From positions 1 to 55,762 of the forward strand of contig CAZZUZ010000001.1 in NCBI GenBank assembly GCA_964657315.1: a DNA stretch of 55,762 bases, written 5' to 3'. The notes beneath the pieces were generated by a model that was not told the DNA's origin, did no database searches, and saw nothing but the letters and a program-made list of their open reading frames with translations. How positions within the stretch are numbered: position 1 is the stretch's first letter; every line of letters begins with the position of its first letter. The position numbers and the translations under genes are program-made. The stretch comes from Vulcanimicrobiota bacterium. Lineage in GTDB: Bacteria > Vulcanimicrobiota > Vulcanimicrobiia > Vulcanimicrobiales > Vulcanimicrobiaceae. This document shows, piece by piece, positions 28,007 through 35,775 of this stretch.

Positions 28007-28155
28007 CAGAACTGATCCTCGATTCGAGTAATGTCGCTTTTTGTGGCCGGGTCAGAGACCGCTTTCTTGGCCGCGTCCACGACCTTTCCGGCCGCGACGA
28101 ATAGCGCCCCGACGGCGACGATGAACCCGACCGCAATAGCGAGGAGAATGTTCAT
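28006..28155 (-). CDS. 49-aa N-terminally anchored membrane protein, first gene of the leftward operon
   Basis: GGAGGA site 6 nt upstream. MNILLAIAVGFIVAVGALFVAAGK.... Below the ORF-track cutoff. Confidence 0.5.
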   Translation of the reverse strand: MNILLAIAVGFIVAVGALFVAAGKVVDAAKKAVSDPATKSDITRIEDQF

Positions 28156-28195
28156 TTACGATCCTCCGGGGCCCGAAAAACTTTGGCGCTACCGC

Positions 28196-28224
28196 TTGAC
28201 GCGGTTACAGTAACACGCTAGTAT
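28196..28224 (+). promoter_or_regulatory. putative rightward sigma70-type promoter
   Basis: TTGACG, 17-nt spacer, TAGTAT. The first operator copy fills the spacer. Confidence 0.4.
28203..28216. promoter_or_regulatory. operator-like repeat copy 1 (GGTTACAGTAACAC)
   Basis: Exact 14-bp direct repeat containing the near-palindrome GTTAC-A-GTAAC. Confidence 0.55.
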
Positions 28225-28226
28225 TT

Positions 28227-28240
28227 GGTTACAGTAACAC
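28227..28240. promoter_or_regulatory. operator-like repeat copy 2 (GGTTACAGTAACAC)
   Basis: Identical copy 24 bp downstream of copy 1, just after the -10 element. Confidence 0.55.
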
Positions 28241-28259
28241 TTTAGAAAGCGAGCCGAAC

Positions 28260-28490
28260 ATGACCCTCACGCCGAACACCTACAACGTCACCGACTTTAC
28301 GAAGCACGGTCCCGAAGTCCGTCGCTTCGAGACCGAGTCCGAAGCGCGCGCGCAGGCCGCAACGCAAACGAATTGGATGATCCAGGCACGCGTCGCGACC
28401 TTTGGCACCGATGGTCGCGTTCAGGCCGCTTCCGACATTTGGGTCGAGCGGCACATCACCGGTCAGCCGTTCTATCGCTGGGACAAGTAG
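28260..28490 (+). CDS. hypothetical 76-aa protein, first rightward gene
   Basis: ORF track entry, immediately downstream of the operator region. Confidence 0.5.
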   Translation: MTLTPNTYNVTDFTKHGPEVRRFETESEARAQAATQTNWMIQARVATFGTDGRVQAASDIWVERHITGQPFYRWDK

Positions 28491-28491
28491 C

Positions 28492-28719
28492 ATGAACGCA
28501 ACCGACACGATTCACGCCGACGCACCGAACGCTATCAATGATGCCTGCAACGGGTGCGACGCCGTTGATCTCGCGCTCGACGACGACGGCTACTGTCCGA
28601 CATGTATCGCCGAACGATGCCTCGCCCCGCTCCCGAACGGCGAAGCATGCGGATGGTGCGAACCATGCGCCGTTGCGAGCGAACGAGAAATGACCGAGGT
28701 CAATATGTCGTGCCGATGA
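28492..28719 (+). CDS. 75-aa Cys-rich protein
   Basis: ATG 28492, 2 nt after the previous stop. CNGC...CPTC...CGWCEPC. Confidence 0.5.
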   Translation: MNATDTIHADAPNAINDACNGCDAVDLALDDDGYCPTCIAERCLAPLPNGEACGWCEPCAVASEREMTEVNMSCR

Positions 28720-28877
28720 CCAACGCCGAGAAGCAAGCCGCGTTCCGGGCCCGGGCGAAAGCTTTGGGCCTTTGCGTCGTGTGCGGACAGCGTAAGCCGC
28801 GATGGAGGAAAACTACCTGCAAACCATGCGATGACTCAGCGAAAGAACGGATAGCGCGATCTCGCGCGAAAGACTAG
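28716..28877 (+). CDS. 53-aa zinc-ribbon-like basic protein
   Basis: ATGA overlap with the upstream gene. ...CVVCGQRK...CKPC.... Confidence 0.45.
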   Translation: MTNAEKQAAFRARAKALGLCVVCGQRKPRWRKTTCKPCDDSAKERIARSRAKD

Positions 28878-28917
28878 GAGGCGATCGCTTCCGCACCTGC
28901 GGAAAGGACGGCTCCGA

Positions 28918-29253
28918 TCACGTCGCGGCTTCAAGCGGCGTCGAATCTTCGAGCCAGAGCAACTTCCCGCCGCGAATAAAATAATGGCACCGCCTCCAGC
29001 CTACGGCGAGGATGGACGGTTCGAGGTGGATCGGTTCGCGCGAAACGAGTTGCCAATGGATCGCATCGCGACTTCCATCAACGGGGATGATATCGAGGTC
29101 ACCGCAGGCGCAACGAATCCAGGCTTTAACGCCGTACGATGCGTCGCCCGAAACGATCGCTACGCTGCCGATCTCCGCAGTCGCGCTCGCGATCTTTGAG
29201 AAGTCGTCGTTGTGCGAGAACTCGCCGACGTAGCGTGCCGGATATTCTGACAT
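28918..29253 (-). CDS. DUF6527-like protein
   Basis: C-terminal pattern ...AWIRCACG...IIPV...HWQL...IHLEPSI...RCHYFIRGGKLLWL matches my recollection of the DUF6527 signature (C.CGCG...P...W.L...SL.PSI...C.SHY.I.N.K..W). Confidence 0.45.
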   Translation of the reverse strand: MSEYPARYVGEFSHNDDFSKIASATAEIGSVAIVSGDASYGVKAWIRCACGDLDIIPVDGSRDAIHWQLVSREPIHLEPSILAVGWRRCHYFIRGGKLLWLEDSTPLEAAT

Positions 29254-29351
29254 CAGTACGAGTCGCTGTAATCGAAAGACTGCGGGTCGACGACCATCGG
29301 CGATCCTCCGGAGAGACGTTTGGGTGACCCACCGCGAAGCGTCGCCGTACT

Positions 29352-29543
29352 ATGCAGCGAGATCTCAATTTTACGAACCAGATAGCCGGCGCAGTGGCGT
29401 TCGCCTTAATCGCCGCGAACGAAGCGCGAGACGCATACGCCAAAGCGAATCTCGGACGCGTCGATCAGCTGATGGCCCAGATGATCTTTCAAACCGCATA
29501 CGAACACGCGTACGGATATCAAATGGGTCGAGCCGTCGTTTAA
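29352..29543 (+). CDS. hypothetical 63-aa helical protein
   Basis: ORF track entry, divergent from the DUF6527-like gene. Its stop overlaps the convergent minus-strand stop (TTAA). Confidence 0.4.
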   Translation: MQRDLNFTNQIAGAVAFALIAANEARDAYAKANLGRVDQLMAQMIFQTAYEHAYGYQMGRAVV

Positions 29544-29674
29544 GCGGCAATCTCTTCGCACTGCGGACACAGGTCGCGGTGGCTGAGATGCATCGCGCAG
29601 GCGAGGACACCGCACCACCGGCAGCCGTGCGTTGCGGGGCTGTGGCACGTGGCGCATCCGGGACTGACGCTCAT
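29540..29674 (-). CDS. 44-aa B-box-like zinc-binding protein
   Basis: MSVSPGCATCHSPATHGCRWCGVLACAMHLSHRDLCPQCEEIAA. ATGA overlap with the upstream gene. Below the ORF-track cutoff. Confidence 0.5.
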   Translation of the reverse strand: MSVSPGCATCHSPATHGCRWCGVLACAMHLSHRDLCPQCEEIAA

Positions 29675-29892
29675 TCGGCCGATCCGTGGAGACGCTGCGT
29701 GATTTCGAGACGATGCGCGCGGAGCGCCCGAACCGCCTCGCGGTGTTCTTCGGGGACGTCGCAGATGCGCAGATTACGAACCATCGTCGCGGCCGTCCAC
29801 TGCTCCACTTCGAAGCCGATCCATTGCGCAAGCGTCGACATCCGCGGCACAACCACGCTTGCGATCGGGACGATACTCCGGTCCTCGGTCAT
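29671..29892 (-). CDS. hypothetical 73-aa protein
   Basis: ORF track entry with ATGA overlaps at both ends. Confidence 0.5.
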   Translation of the reverse strand: MTEDRSIVPIASVVVPRMSTLAQWIGFEVEQWTAATMVRNLRICDVPEEHREAVRALRAHRLEITQRLHGSAE

Positions 29893-30962
29893 CGGCCGTA
29901 CCCGACCGGCGAACGCGGCATCGACGGCACGACTCCGGCATGCGGACCCGGGAGCGGGGCAGACTTCATAGCCGCGACGCCCCCACGCGCTTGACGTTTC
30001 GCGCAGTCGCTTGAGCTACGGCATTCGCGCGGCCCTTGCGGATCGCGCGGATCGATCGGAAGCGTGAACGCGGTCGCACCGCAGGCAAGACATGCTAGCC
30101 GCAGATCGCTCGCTTCGAGGCGCGGCGCGCGAATCGGCAGCGGCTTTTCTTCGGCGGCGAGCGCGCGGAGTTTCGGGACCGGGCGGAACGGGTTCACGCG
30201 CGGCCGAGGTTTCGGCGAATACGGCGCGGGCGACGATTTCGGGATCGCTTCGCGCGCATCGTTGCGGAGCGGCTCGACGAGTCGGCCGATCTCCGGCGTT
30301 TGTGCCGGGAGTTCGGGCGCTTGCGTCGGGAGTTCGGGCGGTTTTGTCGGCAGTTGTCTCGCCGGTGAGTCGAACGCTCGGTCAAGCGCGGCATCGATCG
30401 GCTTCGGCACGACGCGCGCGATGGCCGCCATCGGCTTCACGCCGCGCTCGGCCTTGCGAGCCCGTAGCGCCTGACGCGTCTCCGGCCGCAAATATTCCGT
30501 GAACGCGCCTCGCAATGTCGTGTCCGAAAACTCAGGGAACCCGGCGCGCACGGACGGGAGCCCGCCCTCGGCGTATAGCCGATTCAGCTCCTCGACGCGT
30601 TCCGGCGTCCAGATGCGGCGCGGCCCTTTTGTGATCGGCGCCGAGGCGCTGATCGGTGGCGGTAACGTAGCCGTTCCAAGGCGGGGACGGATCGTTTCGA
30701 CCGCCGCTTGGATGATCGGCGCCACAGACTTGCCGTCGATCGCCGCGACCGTCTCCGTCGCCGCATCCGAGATATTGAGCAGGTCGACGGCGTGACCGCT
30801 GAGCGTATCGGCGAGCCGGACGAGAATCGCTCGCGCTTGCCCCGATCGTTCTTTCGCAAGCGCGACCGTCAAGCGGAGCGCTTCTTCGAGCGTCGCCTCG
30901 CGCAGCATCTCGCCCGATCGCCCGCGAATCAAAAGTCTGTCGTAGACGTCGTATGCGTTCAT
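29889..30962 (-). CDS. 357-aa protein with GcrA/Myb-like HTH-ish segment, Pro-rich repeats and C-terminal Cys cluster
   Basis: Start set at ATG 30962 (ATGA overlap). ...RRIWTPERVEELNRLYAEGG..., PTKPPELPTQAPELPAQTPE repeats, ...CLACGATAF...C...C.... Confidence 0.55.
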   Translation of the reverse strand: MNAYDVYDRLLIRGRSGEMLREATLEEALRLTVALAKERSGQARAILVRLADTLSGHAVDLLNISDAATETVAAIDGKSVAPIIQAAVETIRPRLGTATLPPPISASAPITKGPRRIWTPERVEELNRLYAEGGLPSVRAGFPEFSDTTLRGAFTEYLRPETRQALRARKAERGVKPMAAIARVVPKPIDAALDRAFDSPARQLPTKPPELPTQAPELPAQTPEIGRLVEPLRNDAREAIPKSSPAPYSPKPRPRVNPFRPVPKLRALAAEEKPLPIRAPRLEASDLRLACLACGATAFTLPIDPRDPQGPRECRSSSDCAKRQARGGVAAMKSAPLPGPHAGVVPSMPRSPVGYGR

Positions 30963-31207
30963 CGAGACCGTCGCTTCCAAACGAACGCGTGCGGCTTGTG
31001 TCCGCATCGCGCACAAAACGATCCGTCAGCCGAAGGCCGTAACAGCGCACACGGCCGCTTGGCGCGGAGCAGTTCGTATTCCGTGACCGTGAGGGCACCG
31101 GGCCCGCGCGCGTCGCGCGAGATCTTCGTCGCTGCGGGTGGTTTCTCGCCGAGCAGCTCGGCGTACGTGCGAGCGCGAACTTCCGATGGGCGAAGCGCGA
31201 CGGGCAT
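30959..31207 (-). CDS. hypothetical 82-aa protein
   Basis: ATG 31207 lies 4 nt after the protease stop. Ends with ...CARCGHKPH.... Confidence 0.4.
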   Translation of the reverse strand: MPVALRPSEVRARTYAELLGEKPPAATKISRDARGPGALTVTEYELLRAKRPCALLRPSADGSFCARCGHKPHAFVWKRRSR

Positions 31208-31211
31208 CGGC

Positions 31212-31976
31212 TTAGGGCGCGACCGCAGCGTAGACGTCGAGCGGAGCGAACTCGGCCGCCACGTCCCACGGAATCTCGATCCACCCACGATCGCCGTAAT
31301 TTTCCCAGGCGCATCTCGCAACGATGAACCGCCGAGACCGGGACGACCCGGCCACGATCATTTCGTGGCCGCCGGCCTCGCCCTGGACCGGGTTTGCCGT
31401 CACCTTGCGATCGGCGCCGGCCGCGAACCAATCGGTCGGAAACGTTTGGCCGAGAAGCAGGTTCCCGAGCTTGTCGAGCGCGACGTGCATCTTCTCAAAC
31501 CGGGTCTCGACCGGATCTTCCGAACCCGTCACCCGCACGTATTTCAGCAGCTTCTCGTCGCTGCGAACGAGCGTCGCCGGAACCTCGTCGAAAAACGAGT
31601 CCGGGGACGCAGCGTACGGCCAATCTTCGTCGCGCACGTAGCCCTGCTCGGCCGTCCGAAGCCCGTCCTCACAGAACAGCCCCGAGTCCTTGCCGAGCCA
31701 CTGGGGTTCGAACTGACGCTGCGCCATCGCGTACAGCGCGCGGCGGCTGATCGAAATGTTGATCCCGTGATGCTTCTTGAGCGCGGTCTCCATGAACGAC
31801 GCGATCGCGAACGAAACGCAGGCGCCGAATTGACCCTGATTCCCCTGGTCCTGCGGGAACATCCACTCGTAGGACACGTCGTCCGGAACCGAGCCCATCG
31901 CGACCTTATCGGGCACGTAGCGCGAGAGCCGGTTCGGCTGACGATCCGCGCCGACGAGGCCGAGCTTCCGATCCAA
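31212..31976 (-). CDS. papain-like cysteine peptidase (C1 family), no signal peptide
   Basis: Q-x5-C (QGQFGACVSFA), GGHEMIVAG and ...WENYGDRGWIEIPW match the Gln/Cys/His/Asn signature of peptidase C1. Confidence 0.7.
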   Translation of the reverse strand: MDRKLGLVGADRQPNRLSRYVPDKVAMGSVPDDVSYEWMFPQDQGNQGQFGACVSFAIASFMETALKKHHGINISISRRALYAMAQRQFEPQWLGKDSGLFCEDGLRTAEQGYVRDEDWPYAASPDSFFDEVPATLVRSDEKLLKYVRVTGSEDPVETRFEKMHVALDKLGNLLLGQTFPTDWFAAGADRKVTANPVQGEAGGHEMIVAGSSRSRRFIVARCAWENYGDRGWIEIPWDVAAEFAPLDVYAAVAP

Positions 31977-31987
31977 TCGACTTCTCC

Positions 31988-32986
31988 TCAGCGCTTACGC
32001 ATCACGACCGCGAGCGGCGAATCGTCGAACAAGGTGGCGGACCGGATGTAGCCGGCGAGCACCGTCTGGGATTTATGGCCCGTCACTTTGGCGATACGGT
32101 GCGTATCGACGTGTCGCTCGGCGGCCGACGTCACGAACCCGGCCCGCAACGAGTGGGCGGCAAACTTCCCGTCTAGCCCGGCTCGCCGCGCGAGCTGCGT
32201 AACGAGCCGCTCGACGACGCGACCCGAGATCCGGTCGCCCGTCACGCGACCGTTGAGCCCGAACGCGACGAAGAGGGGACCGGTTCGGATGTCGCTTTCG
32301 CGCAGCCACGTCCGAACCGCCGCGACCGGACACATCGACGATCGCAAGAGCGGGATCGCAACGTCGCGACCTCGCGCTTCCTGGTCCGTCTTCGAACGCC
32401 GCAAGTGGACGACCATGCCGCGCGGCTCGAACCGCAGATCTTCGACGTCGAGCGCCGCGAGCTCGGAACGCCGAAAGGCACCACTGAATCCGAGCAACAT
32501 GATCGCCCGGTCGCGCAAGCCCTTGAGGTCGGTCCCACACTCTCGAAGCGCCAGCTTCAACAGGTCGGTCGTCAACGCGGCCTTACCCTGCGGGCGCGAG
32601 CCCTTGTCTCGACTGATGCCCTTCATGGTCTCGCGAACGACGTACGCCGTCGTCGGAGTGTCCAGTCCGGCCGCCTGATGGCGACGCGAGATCGAGACGA
32701 GACGACGGCGGATCGTGGCGAGGGCCGACCCATCGGCAAGCTCGGACACGTACCGCTCAATGAGATGCGGCAACGCCGGAAGCGGCGATTCGTCGACCCG
32801 CCGAGCGAACGATTCGAAGTCCGCCCAGTCGCTCGCATAAGCCCGTCGCGTCGCCTCAGACGACGACTTACGCCGATAGGATAAGGCTTTTTCGCCCAAA
32901 GTAATCGCGTCGTGCGGGTCCGTAGCGACGCTTGAAGGCACGGCCGAGAATAGAGACTTATCTGCCATGTTGCGAGCATGCGCCAT
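31988..32986 (-). CDS. tyrosine recombinase/integrase 1
   Basis: SAM-like N-domain (YASDWADFESF...). Catalytic ...RRSELAAL...HSLRAGFVT...GHKS...LAGYIR. Confidence 0.85.
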   Translation of the reverse strand: MAHARNMADKSLFSAVPSSVATDPHDAITLGEKALSYRRKSSSEATRRAYASDWADFESFARRVDESPLPALPHLIERYVSELADGSALATIRRRLVSISRRHQAAGLDTPTTAYVVRETMKGISRDKGSRPQGKAALTTDLLKLALRECGTDLKGLRDRAIMLLGFSGAFRRSELAALDVEDLRFEPRGMVVHLRRSKTDQEARGRDVAIPLLRSSMCPVAAVRTWLRESDIRTGPLFVAFGLNGRVTGDRISGRVVERLVTQLARRAGLDGKFAAHSLRAGFVTSAAERHVDTHRIAKVTGHKSQTVLAGYIRSATLFDDSPLAVVMRKR

Positions 32987-33035
32987 AGAAGAGAGATCGC
33001 TTTCGCGAATTTAGCGCTGATCGATGAGGTTGTTT

Positions 33036-33296
33036 TTAGGCTGCGGCTGCCTGCATCGAAGCGCCCGTAATCTTCGCGATCGCCGCTGAAATGCGTTCGG
33101 TACGTGCGACCGACTGTGCGGCACGATAGCTCGCTTCGAAACTCGCGTATGGCTCTTCGCCGTCGCGCCCGCGCTGAATCCACTTCTGGATCGCGCGCGT
33201 CGTCACGCCGACCGTTTCGGCGGCACCACGCTGAGACTGCCCGCTTCGAATCGCCGCCACGATGGCCGAGAGAATCGGTCCGTCAGCTTTGCTCAT
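33036..33296 (-). CDS. small HTH protein (regulator or excisionase candidate)
   Basis: Internal ATG 33296 with a GGTGGAG site. HTH ...QRGAAETVGVTTRAIQKWIQRG.... Lies 49 nt upstream of integrase 1. Confidence 0.5.
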   Translation of the reverse strand: MSKADGPILSAIVAAIRSGQSQRGAAETVGVTTRAIQKWIQRGRDGEEPYASFEASYRAAQSVARTERISAAIAKITGASMQAAAA

Positions 33297-33320
33297 GCAT
33301 CTCCACCCGGAAAACGCCGA

Positions 33321-33345
33321 AAAAACCGCAGCGTAAACGCTCGGC
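33321..33345 (-). terminator. weak terminator/attenuator upstream of the HTH-integrase unit
   Basis: Minus-strand CCGAGCG-UUUA-CGCUGCGG (one bulge) followed by UUUUUU. Confidence 0.3.
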
Positions 33346-33437
33346 CGATTCGCACTGCGTTCGCTGCTCATTCGCCTTGTAGGGAACGATTTGAGCGGAC
33401 TTGTGCAGGCCCAGGATATCACACTTCTTACCTGGCG

Positions 33438-34406
33438 TCACGCAGCATCGCGCATTCGGATCCGGACCGCATCATGCTCATACGCGTCGGCGACGAGAAA
33501 CGCGAACGCGAGCCCCTCGTCTGCGGCAAATATCGGAAACTCGTCGTACTCGTCAAGGCCGTACACCTCATAGACGATCCGATCGTCGACGTCTGTCCGA
33601 TCAGCCGGAATCGCCGGCCGAAAATAGACCGGCTCGCGTTGCTCTTCCCTAGCCGCTTTATACTCAGCGCGGTACATCTGGACCACGCGCTGCAAGACGG
33701 CTAACGCCCGACCAGAATCCCGCTGATAGTATTCGCGCTCACCGCGGCTCATTCGTCCAACAGCAAGCCGCGTCGCCACGCCTCCGACTCCACGGCCAAC
33801 GATCGGCGGCGGCACGGAGTCGCCGGGCTTCGACGAACGACGCCCTTTCGATCCGCTAGAGCTTTTCCCACCATGCGCAGTCGGATGCTGCATGATTTCC
33901 GGGACGGACGCGCCGAGGTACTCTTTGTCTTTCGCCTTTGCCTCGGAGACCGGATCGAGCTGTTCTTCCTCTTCGGATGGATAGCCGAATCTCGTTACCC
34001 GCGGCGAGTGCTCAATTCGTTCGTGATCCTTTTTGCCGGCATTCGCTCGAGCCGCGAGTTCCTCACCGTACCGAACCGCCTCGGCGACCCGTGCGGCAGA
34101 CGCCTCTTTCTCGGTCTCAGATCGCTCGACGAAGGCCGCAATGCCGCTCGGCTCACGATACTCGTCTGCCGCGTCCTCATCGTACTCCGCGCGCGCCTCG
34201 CGATCGGCGCGCCACTCCTCGTCGATCCCCGACGGCGCGTAATCCGGCACGACGCGTGCGTACTCTGCCACTTCCGGCTCCGCAACGGCGACGGGCCCTT
34301 CGGCCGCACCCGAGCACAGACCGCCGCTGCGCAAACACGCCAGACACGTTCCATCGCTCGGACGGTGAGTCGCGACGTGGTGGGCGCACGACTCGCAGCT
34401 ATCCAC
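33438..34406 (-). CDS. 322-aa acidic protein with N-terminal Cys cluster
   Basis: MDSCESCAHH...CLACL...C, then a Glu/Asp/Ala-rich middle section. Its start overlaps the upstream stop by 8 nt. Confidence 0.5.
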   Translation of the reverse strand: MDSCESCAHHVATHRPSDGTCLACLRSGGLCSGAAEGPVAVAEPEVAEYARVVPDYAPSGIDEEWRADREARAEYDEDAADEYREPSGIAAFVERSETEKEASAARVAEAVRYGEELAARANAGKKDHERIEHSPRVTRFGYPSEEEEQLDPVSEAKAKDKEYLGASVPEIMQHPTAHGGKSSSGSKGRRSSKPGDSVPPPIVGRGVGGVATRLAVGRMSRGEREYYQRDSGRALAVLQRVVQMYRAEYKAAREEQREPVYFRPAIPADRTDVDDRIVYEVYGLDEYDEFPIFAADEGLAFAFLVADAYEHDAVRIRMRDAA

Positions 34407-34764
34407 GCGGCTCTCCGAAAATCAGTTCGTCATCTCGTAATGGGTGACGCCACACGCGAATTACACGGTAATCATTATCTGAAAACACCGGATGAGTCGC
34501 AACCACCCGCATGACGTTATCGGATATTTCGCGCTCGTAAACATCGCCCGGTTCAAGCGTTCCAACGTAATATCGTGGCTTCGGTGGCTTGACGACTTCA
34601 AGCGATGCTGCCGCTACAAATGGCCTCCACTTTTCGCCCGGCACACTAAGCGACCATTTTGGATAGCCCTCATGCCCAGCAATAAAATATGGGCCATCCC
34701 AAACCGTACATTCACGACCTAGAAACATTACTTTCATTCCGCAACGAACATCAGCGTCGTTCAC
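34399..34764 (-). CDS. 121-aa protein, tandem paralogue B
   Basis: GTG start in a GTGA overlap. Shares DVR.GMKV...CTV..GP...AG.E.Y..WSL..PG...PPKP(K/R)YYVG.L..GD with 34919..35272. Confidence 0.5.
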   Translation of the reverse strand: MNDADVRCGMKVMFLGRECTVWDGPYFIAGHEGYPKWSLSVPGEKWRPFVAAASLEVVKPPKPRYYVGTLEPGDVYEREISDNVMRVVATHPVFSDNDYRVIRVWRHPLRDDELIFGEPRG

Positions 34765-34922
34765 TCTTCAGGCTCCGGCGGCGCGATCGCGGCCTGTACG
34801 CCGTCACGCGCGCACTCGCAGCCCTCGACCGTCATGCGCCCGTCCAGGAATACGCGTTCTTCAAAGCCGCATCCGCGACTATCGTGCAAGCCAGCATCGT
34901 GCGAGCAATAATGACAGTTCAT
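34761..34922 (-). CDS. 53-aa Cys-rich protein between the paralogues
   Basis: MNCHYCSHDAGLHDSRGCGFEE...GCECARDG.... ATGA and GTGA overlaps with its neighbours. Below the ORF-track cutoff. Confidence 0.45.
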   Translation of the reverse strand: MNCHYCSHDAGLHDSRGCGFEERVFLDGRMTVEGCECARDGVQAAIAPPEPEE

Positions 34923-35272
34923 GTCGAGTCCCAAACAACTTCGTAATGTGTCGGGCGACGAACGCGAATGATTCGCGCGGTTTCATCTACGCTAAATCCG
35001 AAATCAGTAAATTGACGCTGGCGCGCCGGACTATTAGCGGAAATAAACTCATCTCCCGTTGCTAGCCGCCCGACGTAATACTTCGGTTTCGGCGGCTCGA
35101 AAGGCTCGAATGCTTCGGCTAAAAAGAATGCGGGACAGTCTAACCCAGGGATTTGCAAACTCCAATGTTGATACGATTCATATCCAGCCATATAACACGG
35201 ACCGGCATAAACGGTGCACACCAAGCCCGCCATCGTAACCTTCATACCCTTGCGTACGTCGCAATTCTTCAT
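34919..35272 (-). CDS. 117-aa protein, tandem paralogue A
   Basis: Start set at ATG 35272 (MKNCDVRKGMKV) by alignment to the paralogue B N-terminus. Confidence 0.5.
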   Translation of the reverse strand: MKNCDVRKGMKVTMAGLVCTVYAGPCYMAGYESYQHWSLQIPGLDCPAFFLAEAFEPFEPPKPKYYVGRLATGDEFISANSPARQRQFTDFGFSVDETARIIRVRRPTHYEVVWDST

Positions 35273-35447
35273 TGTGGTGCTCCAATCCAATACGTTACGC
35301 GCTCGCTCATGCGACAAGCCCGTCTTTCGACATCGTCATTAACAAGCTGATCGCCTTGGCATTTTGAGCAATCTCGTTCATTACTAATTTTTTATCCATA
35401 GCGGTACCGTAAAGTTCCGCATAGACAAGTAGGCGCATAGATCTCTC

Positions 35448-35470
35448 TTGCAATGGGCTTTGCCCATTTA
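35448..35470. repeat. left terminal repeat with ATGGGC-TTT-GCCCAT palindrome
   Basis: Read directly from the sequence. About 21 of 23 positions match the inverted right copy. Confidence 0.6.
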
Positions 35471-35477
35471 GGCCCGC

Positions 35478-35509
35478 CTGCCCAAAAAGTCACTTTCCTG
35501 CCCAAAAAG
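35478..35509 (+). repeat. two CTGCCCAAAAAG motifs spaced 20 bp, each followed by a CACTT element
   Basis: CTGCCCAAAAAGTCACTTTC CTGCCCAAAAAGGCCACTTAG. Confidence 0.6.
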
Positions 35510-35610
35510 GCCACTTAGAGAAAGCCTTCCTGCGTCGAAGGCGGCCGAATTCGATCCCTACAACCCACCTTCCATTGGTATAGCCATGCTGATAAAAAGG
35601 GAGTAGGGTA

Positions 35611-35775
35611 ATGAAAACTGCGCCGTACTATACAATTACCGAAGAAAAACCAAAACAGCGCGACGTTTATCACGACCAAACAAACTGTTCGGATGGACGC
35701 CGTATTTTGCCCGAAAATAAGCGATCCGGGACGGGCAATCGTCCAAAATGCGATGAGTGTATAAGCATCGGCTAG
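35611..35775 (+). CDS. 54-aa conserved-looking small protein
   Basis: AAGGGAG site 8 nt upstream. MKTAPYYTITEEKPKQRDVYHDQTNCSDGRRILPENKRSGTGNRPKCDECISIG resembles a widespread small VYH..s.C family. Below the ORF-track cutoff. Confidence 0.5.
   Translation: MKTAPYYTITEEKPKQRDVYHDQTNCSDGRRILPENKRSGTGNRPKCDECISIG

Noticed and set aside
28889-28904. Hairpin TTCCGC-ACCT-GCGGAA after the rightward small genes
   Set aside because: It has only a 6-bp stem and no U-tract on either strand, which is too weak to call a terminator.
30708-32051. 447-aa plus-strand ORF across the protease/82-aa/357-aa genes
   Set aside because: It is antisense to a chain of overlapping-start genes that includes a protease with a complete catalytic signature, and its sequence is low-complexity and Arg-rich.
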